Part shown: positions 23,120-36,235 of the stretch, piece after piece | Position numbering within the stretch: position 1 is the stretch's first letter | Layout: the number at the start of each line of letters is the position of its first letter | Source of the DNA: Cetorhinus maximus | Taxonomy: Eukaryota | NCBI RefSeq assembly: GCF_964194155.1 | Contig: NC_135916.1 | Coordinates: 1,178,001-1,242,000, forward strand | DNA length: 64,000 nt | Direction of reading: 5' to 3' | Program-made: the position numbers and the translations under genes | Notes under the pieces: model-generated | Told to the model about the DNA's origin: nothing | Database searches by the model: none | What the model saw: only the letters and a program-made list of their open reading frames with translations

Positions 23120-25914
23120 CAATGAGAAAGGGGACGGGAAATACAGGACTGAAGGTGTTGTATCTGAATGCACACAGTATACGAAATAAGGTAAATGAGC
23201 TTGTGGCGCAGATTGAAATTGGCAGGTATGATCTGGTGGGCATTACGGAGACATGGCTGCAAGGGGATCAGGGCTGGGAGCTAAATATCCAAAGATATAC
23301 AACCTATCGAAAAGATAGGCAGATTGGCAGAGGAGGTGGGGTTGCTTTGTTAGTAAGAAATGAAATTAAATCGATAGCAAGAAATGATGTAGGGTCAGAG
23401 GATGTAGAATCTGTGTGGTTAGAGTTGAGGAACCACAAAGGTAAAAAAAAACATAATGGGATTTATGTACAGGCCTCCGAACAGTAGTCAGGATGTGGGC
23501 CACAAGATACACCAGGAGATAGAAAAGGCGTGTAAGAAAGGCAAGTTTACAGTGATCATGGAGGATTTCAATATGCAGGTAGAATGGGAAAATCAGCTTG
23601 GTAGTGGATCCCAAGAAAAGGAATTTGTGGAATGTCTACACGATGGCTTTTTGGAGCAGCTTGTGGTGGAGCCCACTAGGGAACAGGCAATTCTAGATTT
23701 AGTGATGTGTAATGAGGCAGCTAAGGGAACTAAAGGTGAAGGAACCCTTAGGAGGAAGTGACCATATTATGATAGAATTTACCCTGCAATTTGAGAGGAA
23801 AAAGCTGGAATCAGATGTAACGGTATTACAGTTGAATAAAGGCAACTACAGAGGCATGAGGGAGGAGCTGGCCAGAATTGACTGGGAGATAAGCCTAGCA
23901 GGAAAGACAGTGGAACATCAATGGTAGGAGTTTCTGGGAGTAATTTGGGAGAAAAAGCAAAAATTCATCCCTAGGAAGAAGAAGCATACTAAAGGGAGGA
24001 CGAGGAAACCATGGCTGACAAGGGAAGTCCGGGACAGCATAAAAGCTGAAGAGAAAGCATACAATGCGACGAAGAGCAGTGGGAAACCAGGGGATTGGGA
24101 AGCCTACAAAGACCAACAGAGGACAACTAAAAAAGAAATAAGGAGGGAGAAGATTAAATATGAGGGTAAACAAACAGTAATATAAAAGAAGATTGCAAAA
24201 ATTTTTTTTACATATATAAAGGGCAAGAGAGAGGCAAAAGTGGATATTGGGCCGCTGGAAAATGACGCTGGAGAAGGATTAGTGGGGAACAAAGAAATGG
24301 CGGAGGAACTGAATAGGTACTTTGCGACAGTCTTCACAGTGGAAGACACGAGTGACATGCCCAAAGTTCAAGAGAGTCGGGGGACAGAGGTGAGTATGGT
24401 GGCAATTAACAATAAGAAGGGGCTAGGAAAACTGAAAGGTCTGAAGGTGGATAAATGACCTGGACCAGATGGATTACACCCCAGAGTTCTGAAGGAGATA
24501 GCTGAAGAGATAGTGGAGGCGTTAGTGGTGATCTTTCAGGAATCACTGGACTCAGGGATGTTCCCAGAGGACTGGAAAATCGCTAATGTAACCCCCTTGT
24601 TTAAGAAGGGAGTGAGGCAAAAGTCGGGAAATTACAGGTTTAATAGCCTGACTTCGGTCATTGGTAAGATTTTAGAGTCCATTATTAAGGATGAGATTTC
24701 AGAATACTTGGAAGTGCATGGTAAAATCGGGCAAAGTCAGCATGGTTTCATCCAAGGGAGGTCATGCCTGACAAATCTGTTAGAATACTTTGAGGAGGTA
24801 ACGAGTAGGTTAGACAAAGGAGAGCCAATGGATGTTATGTATTTGGACTTCCAGAAGGCCTTTGACAAGGTGCCACACAGGATGCTGATCAGTAAGATAA
24901 GAGCCCATGGTGTTAGAGGCAAGGTACTAGCATGGATAGAAGATTGGCTGTCTGGCAGAAGGCAGAGAATGGGCATAGGGGGGTCCACCCCAGGATGGCG
25001 GCCGGTGAGTAGTGGAGTTTTGGAGGGGTCAGTGTTGGGACCACAACTTATCACTTTATATATTAATGATCTAGTTGAAGGAACTGAGGGCATCCTGGCT
25101 AAGTTTGCAGATGATATAAAGATAGGTGGAGGGACAGGTAGTATTGAGGAGGCGGGGAGGCTGCAGAAGGATTTGGACAGGTTTGGAGAATGGGCAAAGA
25201 AGTGACAGATGGAATACAACGTGGGGAAGTGTGAGGTCATGCATTTTGGTAGGAAGAATAGAGGCATAGACTATTTTCTAAATGGGGAGAGAATTCAGAA
25301 ATCTGGAGTGCAAAGGGACTTGGGAGTGCTAGTCCAGGATTCCCTTAAGGTTAACTGCAGGTTGAGTCATTAGTTAGGAAGGCAAATGCAATGTTGGCAT
25401 TTACTTCGAGAGGACTAGAATATAAAAGCAGGGATGTGGTGCTGAGGGTTTCTAAGGCTCTGGTCAGACCACATTAGAATATTGTAAGCAATTTTGGGCC
25501 CCGTATCTCAGGAAGGATGTGCTGGCCCTGGAGAGGGTCCAGAGGAGGTTCATGAGAATGATCCCAGGAATGAAAAGCTTAACATATGAGGAACATTTGA
25601 GGACTCTGGGTCAATACTCGATGGAGTTTAGAAGGATGAGGGGGGATCTGATTGAAACTTACAGAATACTGAAAGGCCTGGATAGAATTGACGTGGGGAA
25701 GATGTTTCCATTAGTAGGAGAGACTAGGACCCAAGGGCACAGCCTCAGAGTAAAGGGCAGACCTTTTAGAACAGAAATGATGAAAAACTTCTTTAGCCAG
25801 AGAGTGGTGAATCTATGGAATTCAATGCCACAGAAGGCTGTGGAGGCCAGGTCACTGAGTGCATTTAAGACCGAGATAGATAGGTTCTTCATTGGTAAGG
25901 GAATCAAAGGTTAG
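23120..25914 (+). pseudogene. CR1 ORF2 (APE endonuclease plus RT), several stops and frameshifts
   Basis: LYLNAHSIRNK, GITETWL, YRPP, ILDLVM, SDH; WKIANVTPLFKKG, QHGF, YLDFQKAFDKV, KFADD. Confidence 0.9.
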
Positions 25915-26475
25915 GGGGAGAAGGTGGGAGTATGGGGTTGAGAAACTTATCAGCCATGATTTAATGCGGGGCAGACTCGATGGGCCGAATGGCCTAATTT
26001 CTGCTACTATGTCTTATGGTCTTATTATGCGCGAAAGTGCCTCCATACATAACTGGACTTCTCTGGGTGTTGAGATTGGGATAAAAGGCAATTGGTGAAA
26101 TTGTGACATCTCAGTTCAGGAGGAGCAACGTTAAAAGGGAAATCTAGAGCGACTGGGAGCAGATAATTTGTATTGTCACCAGAAATAAACATCTTGATGT
26201 GAGCTATTCAGACAATTACTTGAAATCATATATGTTTGGCACTACCGCGGAATCTGCGAATCAGACTCTCTGCGGGTCCAATGCCTCAGAGTGTTTAATG
26301 TTACCTGAATTCACAATCGACAGCAAATAAATAGAAACCGGAGCAAGGATCGAAAAGAGAAGGAAATCTCTACCGAGACATTCACAATTGTTCATCTTGT
26401 TGCCAATGAACCTTTAAATGTGAACATTGTGTAAGAGAGTGTTTGAAGTGGGCGGGCGAGTCAGAGGATTGAAAC

Positions 26476-26890
26476 TGTGTTTGTGTGACCGTTCTGATCA
26501 GGACATTTCCGAGTCCCGCTTAGGTAAAATAAAAATAATTTCCAAAGAAATACACCCCCTGCTCCCCAGCTTGACGCCAAAGTGAGATTTAAAGACAATT
26601 TCTTTGTTGTTTTCTAGATTTCAGACTAAAAGTAGAGGACATGTCATCGATCGGGTGAAGGAGCCGCAGTTAATCGGGTTTAAATCGAAATTGGAGTCTT
26701 CAATTCGAGTGAATTATTTTCGACAGCGAACATTACAGTGTCAGAGATGAGAAGGATTCAGTCTGGGACACTGCAGAGCCGGAATTTCCATGGAATTGGG
26801 AAGTTTGTGAGGAGAGAAAAACACAGAGAGGCAGCAGCAGCCTGGAGCTGACAGCAGCCTGTCTCCGCCCCGTCCGCTCGCTGCCTTTAA
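26476..26890 (+). promoter_or_regulatory. H1 promoter (unit 2)
   Basis: TGTGTTT 26476, AAACACA 26819, GC box, TTTAAG. Confidence 0.7.
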
Positions 26891-26971
26891 GTTGCTCAGT
26901 GCCGCCACCAGCGGCTTCATTTCTCAGCCCGTTCAGATTGACAGAGACACTTTTGTGCAGAGTCCCGGAAC

Positions 26972-27628
26972 ATGACCGATACTGCAGCCGCCGAAACGGC
27001 TCCTCCAGCCGCTCCCGCCGCCCAGGTCAAGACTCCCAAGAAGAAGAAGAAGGCGGCTCCCCGGAGCAGTGCAGCCGGTCCCAAGCTGGGCGAGCAGATC
27101 CTCAAGGTTGTGGCGGATTGCAGCGATCGCAAGGGGATGTCGCTGCCCGCGATCAAGAAGGCGCTGCGCGGCAAAGGGCTGGATGTGGAGAAACTCGGCT
27201 CCCAGATCAAGCAAAGCGTCAAGAGGAATGTGAAGAATGGCTTCCTGGTTCAGGTCAAGGGCACGGGCGCCTCGGGCTCCTTCAAAGTCCCTAAGAACAC
27301 AACCCCGGGGAAAGTGGGAAAGAAGGCGAAGGCAGCAGCTGGCAAGAAATCTCCAGTGAAGAAAGCGGCAGCCAAGAAGGTGACAGCAAAGAAAGCAGCG
27401 GCCAAAAAAACTCCAGTCAAGAAAGCAACGGCCAAGAAATCTCCAGTCAAGAAAGCAGCGGCCAAGAAATCCCCAGCGAAGAAAGCAGCGGCCAAGAAAA
27501 CAGCCAAGAAGGCGGCAACTCCCAAAAAGCCGGTGAAGAAAGCAGCCCCCAAGAAAAAGTCTCCGGCCAAGAAGGTGACGGGCGTCAAAAAAGTGGCGAT
27601 AGCGAGGGCCAAGCCCAAAACGAGATAA
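26972..27628 (+). CDS. H1: Histone H1 (218 aa, intact)
   Basis: Complete H1 ORF; stem-loop 27687-27702 and AAAGAGCTG HDE. Confidence 0.97.
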   Translation: MTDTAAAETAPPAAPAAQVKTPKKKKKAAPRSSAAGPKLGEQILKVVADCSDRKGMSLPAIKKALRGKGLDVEKLGSQIKQSVKRNVKNGFLVQVKGTGASGSFKVPKNTTPGKVGKKAKAAAGKKSPVKKAAAKKVTAKKAAAKKTPVKKATAKKSPVKKAAAKKSPAKKAAAKKTAKKAATPKKPVKKAAPKKKSPAKKVTGVKKVAIARAKPKTR

Positions 27629-28416
27629 GCAAAGACAGAAAAGAAGGGAAACGTCCCGAGCAAATTGTAAACCTCTAAACCCAAAAGGCTCTTTTCAGAG
27701 CCACCCACATTTCACACGAAAGAGCTGATCCCCTGATCATTTGATCCCTGTCTCCGCGCTGGGAGCTGATTTCAGGTGGAAATGTTTTATTTTCCTGTAA
27801 ATCCAATATTCCCGCTGACTCCCTGAAATGCGCTTCACCCGCACTTCCACTCCCTCCCCCAACTCCGACACTCATTCCTGCAACAACACACATCGATAAC
27901 CTTTCCGATTCGTATCCGGGGTGTGTCCAAGAGCATTTAATGTTTATCTTCCTTTCTTTATTCAAATATTCAGGGTGGGAGTCTGCAATAGAGAAACCAG
28001 GTGTAAAGGAAACTCCTCACAGCTGACACCCAAACCCATTATTTTCTCTCATTCGGTTGGGAGATGTTGGCTAAATTCCCAATCACTGTGGGAGCGGAGG
28101 TGTAGGTGGGGATGGAATTGGAGCTGGGGTTGAAATCGAAGCAGAAATTGACTCGTAAGGAAAGTTCATTATTGAGGCGGAAATGAGACGGACAAGACAA
28201 TGTTTAATAGATTCGAGTTGCTAATTAGCTGCTTCATCATATTCAAGTGTGTAAGTTCTGTTCAAAGACTCTGTTCACTTCCCTTTAGAATTTGACAAAT
28301 ACAATTCTGTTTCTGGCAGGCAGGAGGAGGAGCTGGTTTACCAAAGACGTTGTTCTGTCTGTCACTCAGTCTCTCCCGCCCCGCCTCTCACACATTCTCT
28401 CTATCCCTTCCTCAGA

Positions 28417-28640
28417 CATTTCGGGCCTGATCTACGAGGAGACCCGCGGGGTGCTGAAGGTTTTCCTGGAGAATGTGATCAGGGATGTTGTCACCTACAC
28501 CGAGCACGCCAAGCGGAAGACGGTCACCGCCATGGATGTGGTGTACGCTCTGAAACGCCAGGGCCGCACTCTCTATGGATTCGGCGGCTGAACAAATCGA
28601 CCCGACTCTATAACAAAACCCAAAGGCTCTTCTAAGAGCC
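28417..28640 (+). pseudogene. H4: Histone H4 pseudogene, 5' deleted
   Basis: Promoter CTTCCTCAG joined directly to [10 protein letters not shown]...GFGG (stop 28589-28591). TATA, ATG and ~45 codons missing; A69V; stem-loop 28625-28640 kept. Confidence 0.93.
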
Positions 28641-28964
28641 GCCCACAACCTCACCTTGAGAGCAAGTGACCTCAGAGCGGGAGAGGGAAAGCGATATGTA
28701 GTTTTATATAAACACAGCGTTTCCATCTGCGCATTTTCCATTAACAATATGATCGTGAGTCACACAAGTTTCATGGTTTAATTTAGTTCGGTTTTCAGGA
28801 ATTCGTTTCCATGATTCCTGCCGAAACTCGATTCAAAGCTTGACTGAGGAACACGACAGCTCCCAAACTAACACCGAGTTCACAAGATAAAGGCCATCAT
28901 TTATTACACTTTAATCAGGAGTAACTATTTTGAGACACATCATTCTCGCTTCTTCGCCCCATTA

Positions 28965-29012
28965 TCACCCTGTCTTTTTTCTTCGCCATCTGTTCCTGGG
29001 TCGTTGAGACAT
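28965..29012 (-). CDS. Candidate micropeptide MSQRPRNRWRRKKTG (unit 2)
   Basis: As 9775-9822; differs only by AAG>AAA. Confidence 0.35.
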   Translation of the reverse strand: MSQRPRNRWRRKKTG

Positions 29013-29869
29013 GACAGGGTGTGGGGGGTACCAGTATACCAGCTTTTAATGGATTAGCCTGTACCGATGCAGCATGTTGTCTGGTTCCAGGGAGCACTGA
29101 ACAACTTTATTCTGGCCTGTATCAGGGCGATCAATGAAATAACCCGAATTTAAACGGGAATGTAAGGCGAATATTGAGAGGCTGATAGAAAAATCTGACT
29201 ACACTTAATCACCTCGATTCTGCATCTCAGGACGGACGGAAGGGTGAAGTGGATGATCTGCTTTTGGTGCATGGTTTGGACTGCGAAGATGCATTTACGC
29301 ACATTGTGGAAGATAGTTCAAATATGTAAACTTAGATATTAACTTGATTTACAGAAAGGGTGCGCAATCCGCCCACCCACATCGCCTCCCCCAGCCATAA
29401 AACACTAGAAACAAGAGCCAAGCCATTCTCTCTATAACATCTATAGGGCTTTGACATGAATAAACCGATAAGGTTGATCAGTTTTAAATGTGAGACCCAA
29501 AATTCCGCCCATCAATAGGAGTTTTATTCCAGCCTGCTGTAAACCGATCAGGGAATGAATGAGAATTTAATCCACGTTCAGAAGCCGGAAGTCGGAGCTG
29601 GGACCGAAATGGGGCTCGCAAACATTGAGACCTTGTGATATTTGTCCATTCAGATTGATTTTATCTGCCTTCAAACTAGGTTTATTTTAATGTCAGTTAC
29701 TCGTCCCTTTGAAATTGGCGGGCATTGTGAAATTGATGAACTGTCAGTTTCTGCTCCACCAATCAGGGCCCAGGAATCCATGCAGCCCGCTGCTCTTTTC
29801 AAATTTCTCGGCGGGATTGCGCTGCATCCAATCAGGACAGGAGGGAGGTGACGGACATGTCTTAAATAG

Positions 29870-30337
<468 letters not shown>

Positions 30338-30848
30338 ACTCACCCTACCCGACTCTAGACTTCAACACCGAGAACCACAAAGGCTCTTTTAAGAGCTACC
30401 AAGTCGGTCAGAGAAAGAGCTGCGATCTCTTGTTAAACACTCCAGCACCTGAAACCCTCAAACCTAAATTTATTTTCTTTCCTTTTGATTACCCGGTTCC
30501 CTCCCTCTGCTGCATTTGGAATTATGAGGTGCTTCCGTTTATATTTGTTTGTAATTTTACATCATTTAATTGGAAATGGGATGAGTTAATTATTCAAAGA
30601 ACATTTCCCTGAACATTGGCAGTTGGTCATATATAGATGCAGCACAGACTCCTCATGTCTGGAAAAGGCAACAGCACCAGCGTCTCGTTGTAAGCAGCGC
30701 TTTCACAGATCGCATTAGAAATATAATGTCATTCGAATCGATAGGGATGTTATCGCACATGCGGATAGACAACAGGTCGCCCCTTTCACTGATTAAGTGA
30801 GTGGCTCTGAAAAGAGCCTTTGGGTTCTCAGTTTAAAGAATGGTGGCT

Positions 30849-31292
<444 letters not shown>

Positions 31293-31297
31293 TCAGT

Positions 31298-31500
31298 TCC
31301 CTTATACCCTCAGGAGGAATGGTGGTGCGCTCAGAGCTGATTGGTTAATTGTAATATTCTTAAGATTATCGTCAAATTTTTCACATTGCCAATCAGATCT
31401 CTGCCTGACTCACCAATCTGGAGTCGCCACGAAATTGAATTCGGAAAGAAAGAGCGCCAAATCGTCAGTTACTAACCGATTATAAATTTCATATTTGAAA
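31298..31500. promoter_or_regulatory. H2A upstream promoter (unit 2)
   Basis: Minus TATA, three CCAAT, GCGCCAAA, CAGTTA 31466-31471, TATAAAT 31481-31487, TTTGAA. Confidence 0.7.
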
Positions 31501-32977
31501 CTACCGCCAAATAATAGATCAAATGATAAATCGCACTTAAATCGGAATAGCTAATTCAGTTTTCAGACTAAGAATGTAATATTCACTCAATCTCTCTCTA
31601 ATTTGTCTGGTCTGCAGTTTACCTGTATCTGTTAATTTCTGATTGGGAGTGCGGAGTTTCATGTATCTGACATCAAGCGGAAATTCAAGGCCCCAATTTA
31701 ACAGATTCTAATCCTTCGTATTATTCAATATTGAAAATCCCGCCAGCACATTTGTAAAACGAGGAGCTAATTTCATGCAGAAAATCGCCGTTACAGTTAA
31801 CACAGTCAGTTCCAAACTATTAAAAGTTAGGCCTCCCTTATTGTACTATATCATCTTTAAACGCAAATACCTCACTCGCTTTTAAAACCAGGAATCCATT
31901 CGTGTTTAAACTCGGACCTTTTTGCAGTCCTAACAGCCGGCGGAAATTCACGTTTACCGAGTGCTGCGGTTAAGCAATATCAGACTGGATGTACAAGTGT
32001 GATATTATTTTAAAATATTAAAATTACATTATAATATTGTATCCAGATTGCAGGTTATTAATTCACTCCAATTTGAAGTGGTTCCGAATGAGTATTTATC
32101 TTGTTGCACGACTCGTGTTCGGTCTGCAGATGGAGCCAGGTCACAATAACTTGCACCTTATCGTTTCTGAACACACGTCGAGAAGCAACGGGCCTAATGC
32201 TGCTCTTGGAACTTGCCGAGCTCGCCTCCCGCCCCCCGTTAAAGAGGCAATGGTAGTGGCCAACTCATCGCCCTCCATACTGATCGGAACAAGCTGTTAT
32301 ATTCTGCACTTGCTGTTTTCTGCATTGGAATAGTGACTTTAGCTCTGAACCTCTCCGTCACTGCAATTCATTTATGCATTTTATTCTATAGCTGTCAGGG
32401 CCTGGAAGTGACTGTGAGGTGGACTTTGCTTCTGCTGCCATCAGCTTTTGACAAGCTGTAAAAATGCCAGATTCATTCCGTGTGTATCAGTCTCTGGTGC
32501 TACACACGAAAGGTGTTACCCTTCAGCACCTGTCAGTTTGTGGTACTGTGTATGACTGCAGGATTAATACTCTAAATTTCAGTTTTGTCTCCCTTGCGGT
32601 GTAGAATTCATTTCATTTCACAATTTCTGTTTAGGATTGAGAAATTGTGTATTTCATTATGTCCTGTCGCTATCCGTGTACTGTGATCGAGTTAATTTTG
32701 CACTAAGCAGTAATCTTGTATTATAGGTGGATTTAATTGTACCTCTGTGTATCGCTAAGTATCTCTTATGTACTCAAGAGTGGGATTAATTCTATGCCCT
32801 GGTGCAATCAGTGAGAGTGAATTCCATTTGAATCTGTCAATATCTGGAAATTAATGTGTGGTTCAAAGAGATACTGATTGATTCAACATCTTTGAGTGAG
32901 CGTTGTTTTGTGTTCGTCAATCTGTGGCATGTTATGTGACTGTGGGTTTCCTCTGTGTCTTTTTGACTGTTTTTCCT

Positions 32978-33105
32978 NNNNNNNNNNNNNNNNNNNNNNN
33001 NNNNNNNNNNNNNNNNNNNNNNNNNNNNNNNNNNNNNNNNNNNNNNNNNNNNNNNNNNNNNNNNNNNNNNNNNNNNNNNNNNNNNNNNNNNNNNNNNNNN
33101 NNNNN
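32978..33105. other. Assembly gap (128 N)
   Basis: Run of N. Confidence 1.
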
Positions 33106-35730
33106 TCTATCTCTGCATTTAATTTTCTGCTATTTTGTTTGTGGTTGGATAAATGCTTTGTTTGTCCTAGGTGCACCTGTGTTTAAGTATTTGTGTGCGT
33201 GTGTTTGTGTATGTATGTAAGAGATCTTGTGCGCATGTGTGTTTATGTATGTGTGTGTGAGTTTGCTTTGCATGTGTGTCTGTGTGTGTTAGAGCATGAC
33301 TCTGCGAGTGTGTGAGTGTTTGTGTGGGATTGTGCAGGACTCATTTCCCGTTTGTCTTCGTCCGGTACAGGATGTAGTTTTGGAATTAATTTACATGAAA
33401 TTTAAGTGTCAATCCTGTGAACGTCACCTATGGTGGAATTAATTCCCTATATCTCAGTGATTGTACCGATCGTGTATCTCAAATTTGTGCTCTGTGTATA
33501 TTTTTCCTTTATTGTACATGTGTAGCTTTCTCCTGTACCAAATATGTATCCCATGCATGTGTGTGAAAACTATTTCTTCAATGCGTTAATCTATTACTGT
33601 TTCCCGGCTCTGTTGCAGATTTAGACATGAAACTTTGTATTTAACAAAGACAGGTTTTATTCATTTGTTTTGTTTGAATTAAGGTATAGCATTCAGGCTG
33701 CAACTCGGCAAAAGTCTTTGTGAATGATAATGAGACCCTTGAAATTACATGCTGTGTACCTCATATCTGATTGGTTCAGTTTGTAACGATTTTACGTTAT
33801 GAATCATAGTGAGCATATTGACCTGGAACGTGTTGTGTATTCATGCTGTACTAATTAAAATTACACTTTCTCCTTATTTCAGATATGGCATGAGATCTTT
33901 TGAGGGGAATTTAACGTGCCCCCAGACTCTTGGTCTTTGGTACGGGCTGTTATGTTTTAATTATCAACTTACATGTTTTGATGAATTTTCACGTGTAATT
34001 TTACTGTAGTTATCAACATCTGATCTCTCTGTACCCAATCTCTTCTTATTTTGAAAAGTCGGTTATGGAAAAATTGATTTTATTCTGCACCTCTCCATCT
34101 CTGGTATGTGTCTGTGGTTTTATAATGTGGGTGTCTGCCCCTGTTACGAGAATCCAGCTTTCTTCTGTATCTGTCAGTGCTCCCTATGAGAGTGGTGATA
34201 TGTTATTGACTGTACTTGTCAATATCGGCTTTATGAGTGCGGCAGCGCCCCGAAGCCGAATTTCACATTGGGAACACATCAATGACCGTCCTGATTGATC
34301 ACTTTTTAATCGTTAGCAGTGGCCTCCTTCTGTGCAGGGATTAGTTCTCTGATTTGCATTGACAGGATGGTCAATAAGCATCCAGTGCAACAGGCAGTTA
34401 TCAAACTATGGTCAACTGCTTGTAAGGCAGGTATGTTAATCCCTGTCTGACCATCAGACTCTATCCTACGCTACACCATCTGCATATAGGAACACATCAC
34501 ACTATAGAGTTTTGGACTTTTGAATTTGATTTTGTCAATTCCCCGTTACATCATCTAATTTAAAGTGCTTCTGCTGCGTACGTATGTTGTTGCACGGCTC
34601 ATCTTCTGTCAGGAGATGGCAGCAGTTCACTATAACTTGGATCTGGCTCTTTCTGATCAAACATCTAGAAAACAATAGGCCTGATGCTGCTCTTGAACAT
34701 GGCCAAGCTCACCTCCGTTAAAAAGACTACGACAGCGGCCAATTACTTCCGCTCCATACAGATCGACACAATGTGTTTTCTTCTGCACTTGATGGTTTTT
34801 GCAATGCAATATTCACCCTAACTGGGTACTTCTCGGTCACTGGATTCACTGATGTGTTTTATGCCATACCTGTTGTTTTCAAGCAAGGGACAGAGATATT
34901 GCTCTGTAATTGACGGTCTTGGAGTTTCATTTCACAGCATGTGTTGACTGTTGCTGTGTGAGTGCGCTTTTTATTCAATACTTGTCAGATATTTTGACAT
35001 AAGAGACTGTGTCTTTTTTGTTACCTGCCAGTTTTTTGATATTGAGTGTAAGTTCTATACAGCCGTGTGCTAATTCAGGTACGTGAATTAGATTCCCTAC
35101 CAACAGCTCCGCACCCACCCCCAAACCCCGCCCCTCCTGTATCTATAGGTCTCCGGGTTGTGTAAAAATGACTTTGCCACGATCTCTGTCAGTTCCTGGT
35201 AAATGTGTGCCGGTGTTAGACTGCCCCTGTGAATTTCTGGTGTGTGAGCATTTATTTTATTATGTAGCAGTTCGTTGCTTGGAAGTGATTGGCGCTTTTC
35301 TTTTCTCTCCCCCTCTATTCGTCAGTCTGTAGCATGAGAATGAGAGTTTTTATTCTGCATCTGCCAATGTCTGACATGTGAGTGTGGGTCTCTCTTGGCA
35401 TTTGTCAATGTTTGCAATGTGTGTGGTGTGTGAATGTGAATATTACATTGGGTTATTCAGTGTCAAATCGATCATCGTGTGTTTGAATCAACCTCTCAGT
35501 TTCTGACATTTAAATGTGAAAATACCTTAAAATTATCAGTTCTTTTGTATGTCAACTACATCCTGTACCTATAAATCTATTGTAAGCCAATCTAAGATTT
35601 ACTCATTCTCTCAGTAATGTTATGTGGTTATGTAATCTCTGTTATGACTGAATGGACTTTTCTCGCTATCTGTCAGTTTTCAATGTATGAAAAGCAAATA
35701 CATGGCAGATGCTTTAAAACATCGATTATG

Positions 35731-36235
35731 AACATAAGAACAGAAGAAATAGGAACAGGAGGCGGCCATTTGGCCACTCGAGCCTTCCTCATCATTCAAT
35801 AAGATAATGGCTGATTTCTTTGTGTTTCAATCCCCACATTATCATCTACCCCCATAACCTTTGATTCTCTTGCCTATTAAGAATCTATCTGCCTCTGCCT
35901 TAAAAGATCTCAATGACCCTGCCTCCACTATCTTCTGAGGCAGAGATTTCCAAAGTCACACAGCCCTCTGAGAGAGAAAAAAATATCCTCACCCATGTCC
36001 AAAGAGGGCGATATCTAATTTAAAAACAGTGCCCCCTATTTGTGGAAACATCCTCTTGGTATCCACAATTTCAAGGCCACTCAGGATCTTGTATACATCA
36101 ATCAATCACCCCTCACTCTTCTGAGACCCAGTGGAAACAAGCACAGTCTGTCCAACCTTTTCTTATAAGACATCACACTCATTACAGGTATCTATCTAGT
36201 AAAGCTCCTCTGAACCACCTCCAATTAGTGTGAAG
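35731..36235 (-). mobile_element. CR1 3' fragment
   Basis: AACATAAGAAC..AATAGGAACAGGAGGCGGCCATT is the reverse of a CR1 3' end. Confidence 0.75.

Larger units (their letters stand above)
21434..26025 (+). mobile_element. Near full-length CR1 LINE (~4.6 kb), inactivated
   Basis: 5' UTR with repeated GGGAGCAGACTCGGAGGGAGGAG, ORF1, ORF2 and TCTTATGG/TCTTAT 3' end; flanks join in units 1 (~5398) and 3 (~47232). Confidence 0.92.

Noticed and set aside
28292-28591. 99-aa novel H4 fusion protein
   Set aside because: Starts at TTG in promoter DNA; product of a deletion.
32883-33220. ORFs spanning the N run
   Set aside because: Gap artefacts.
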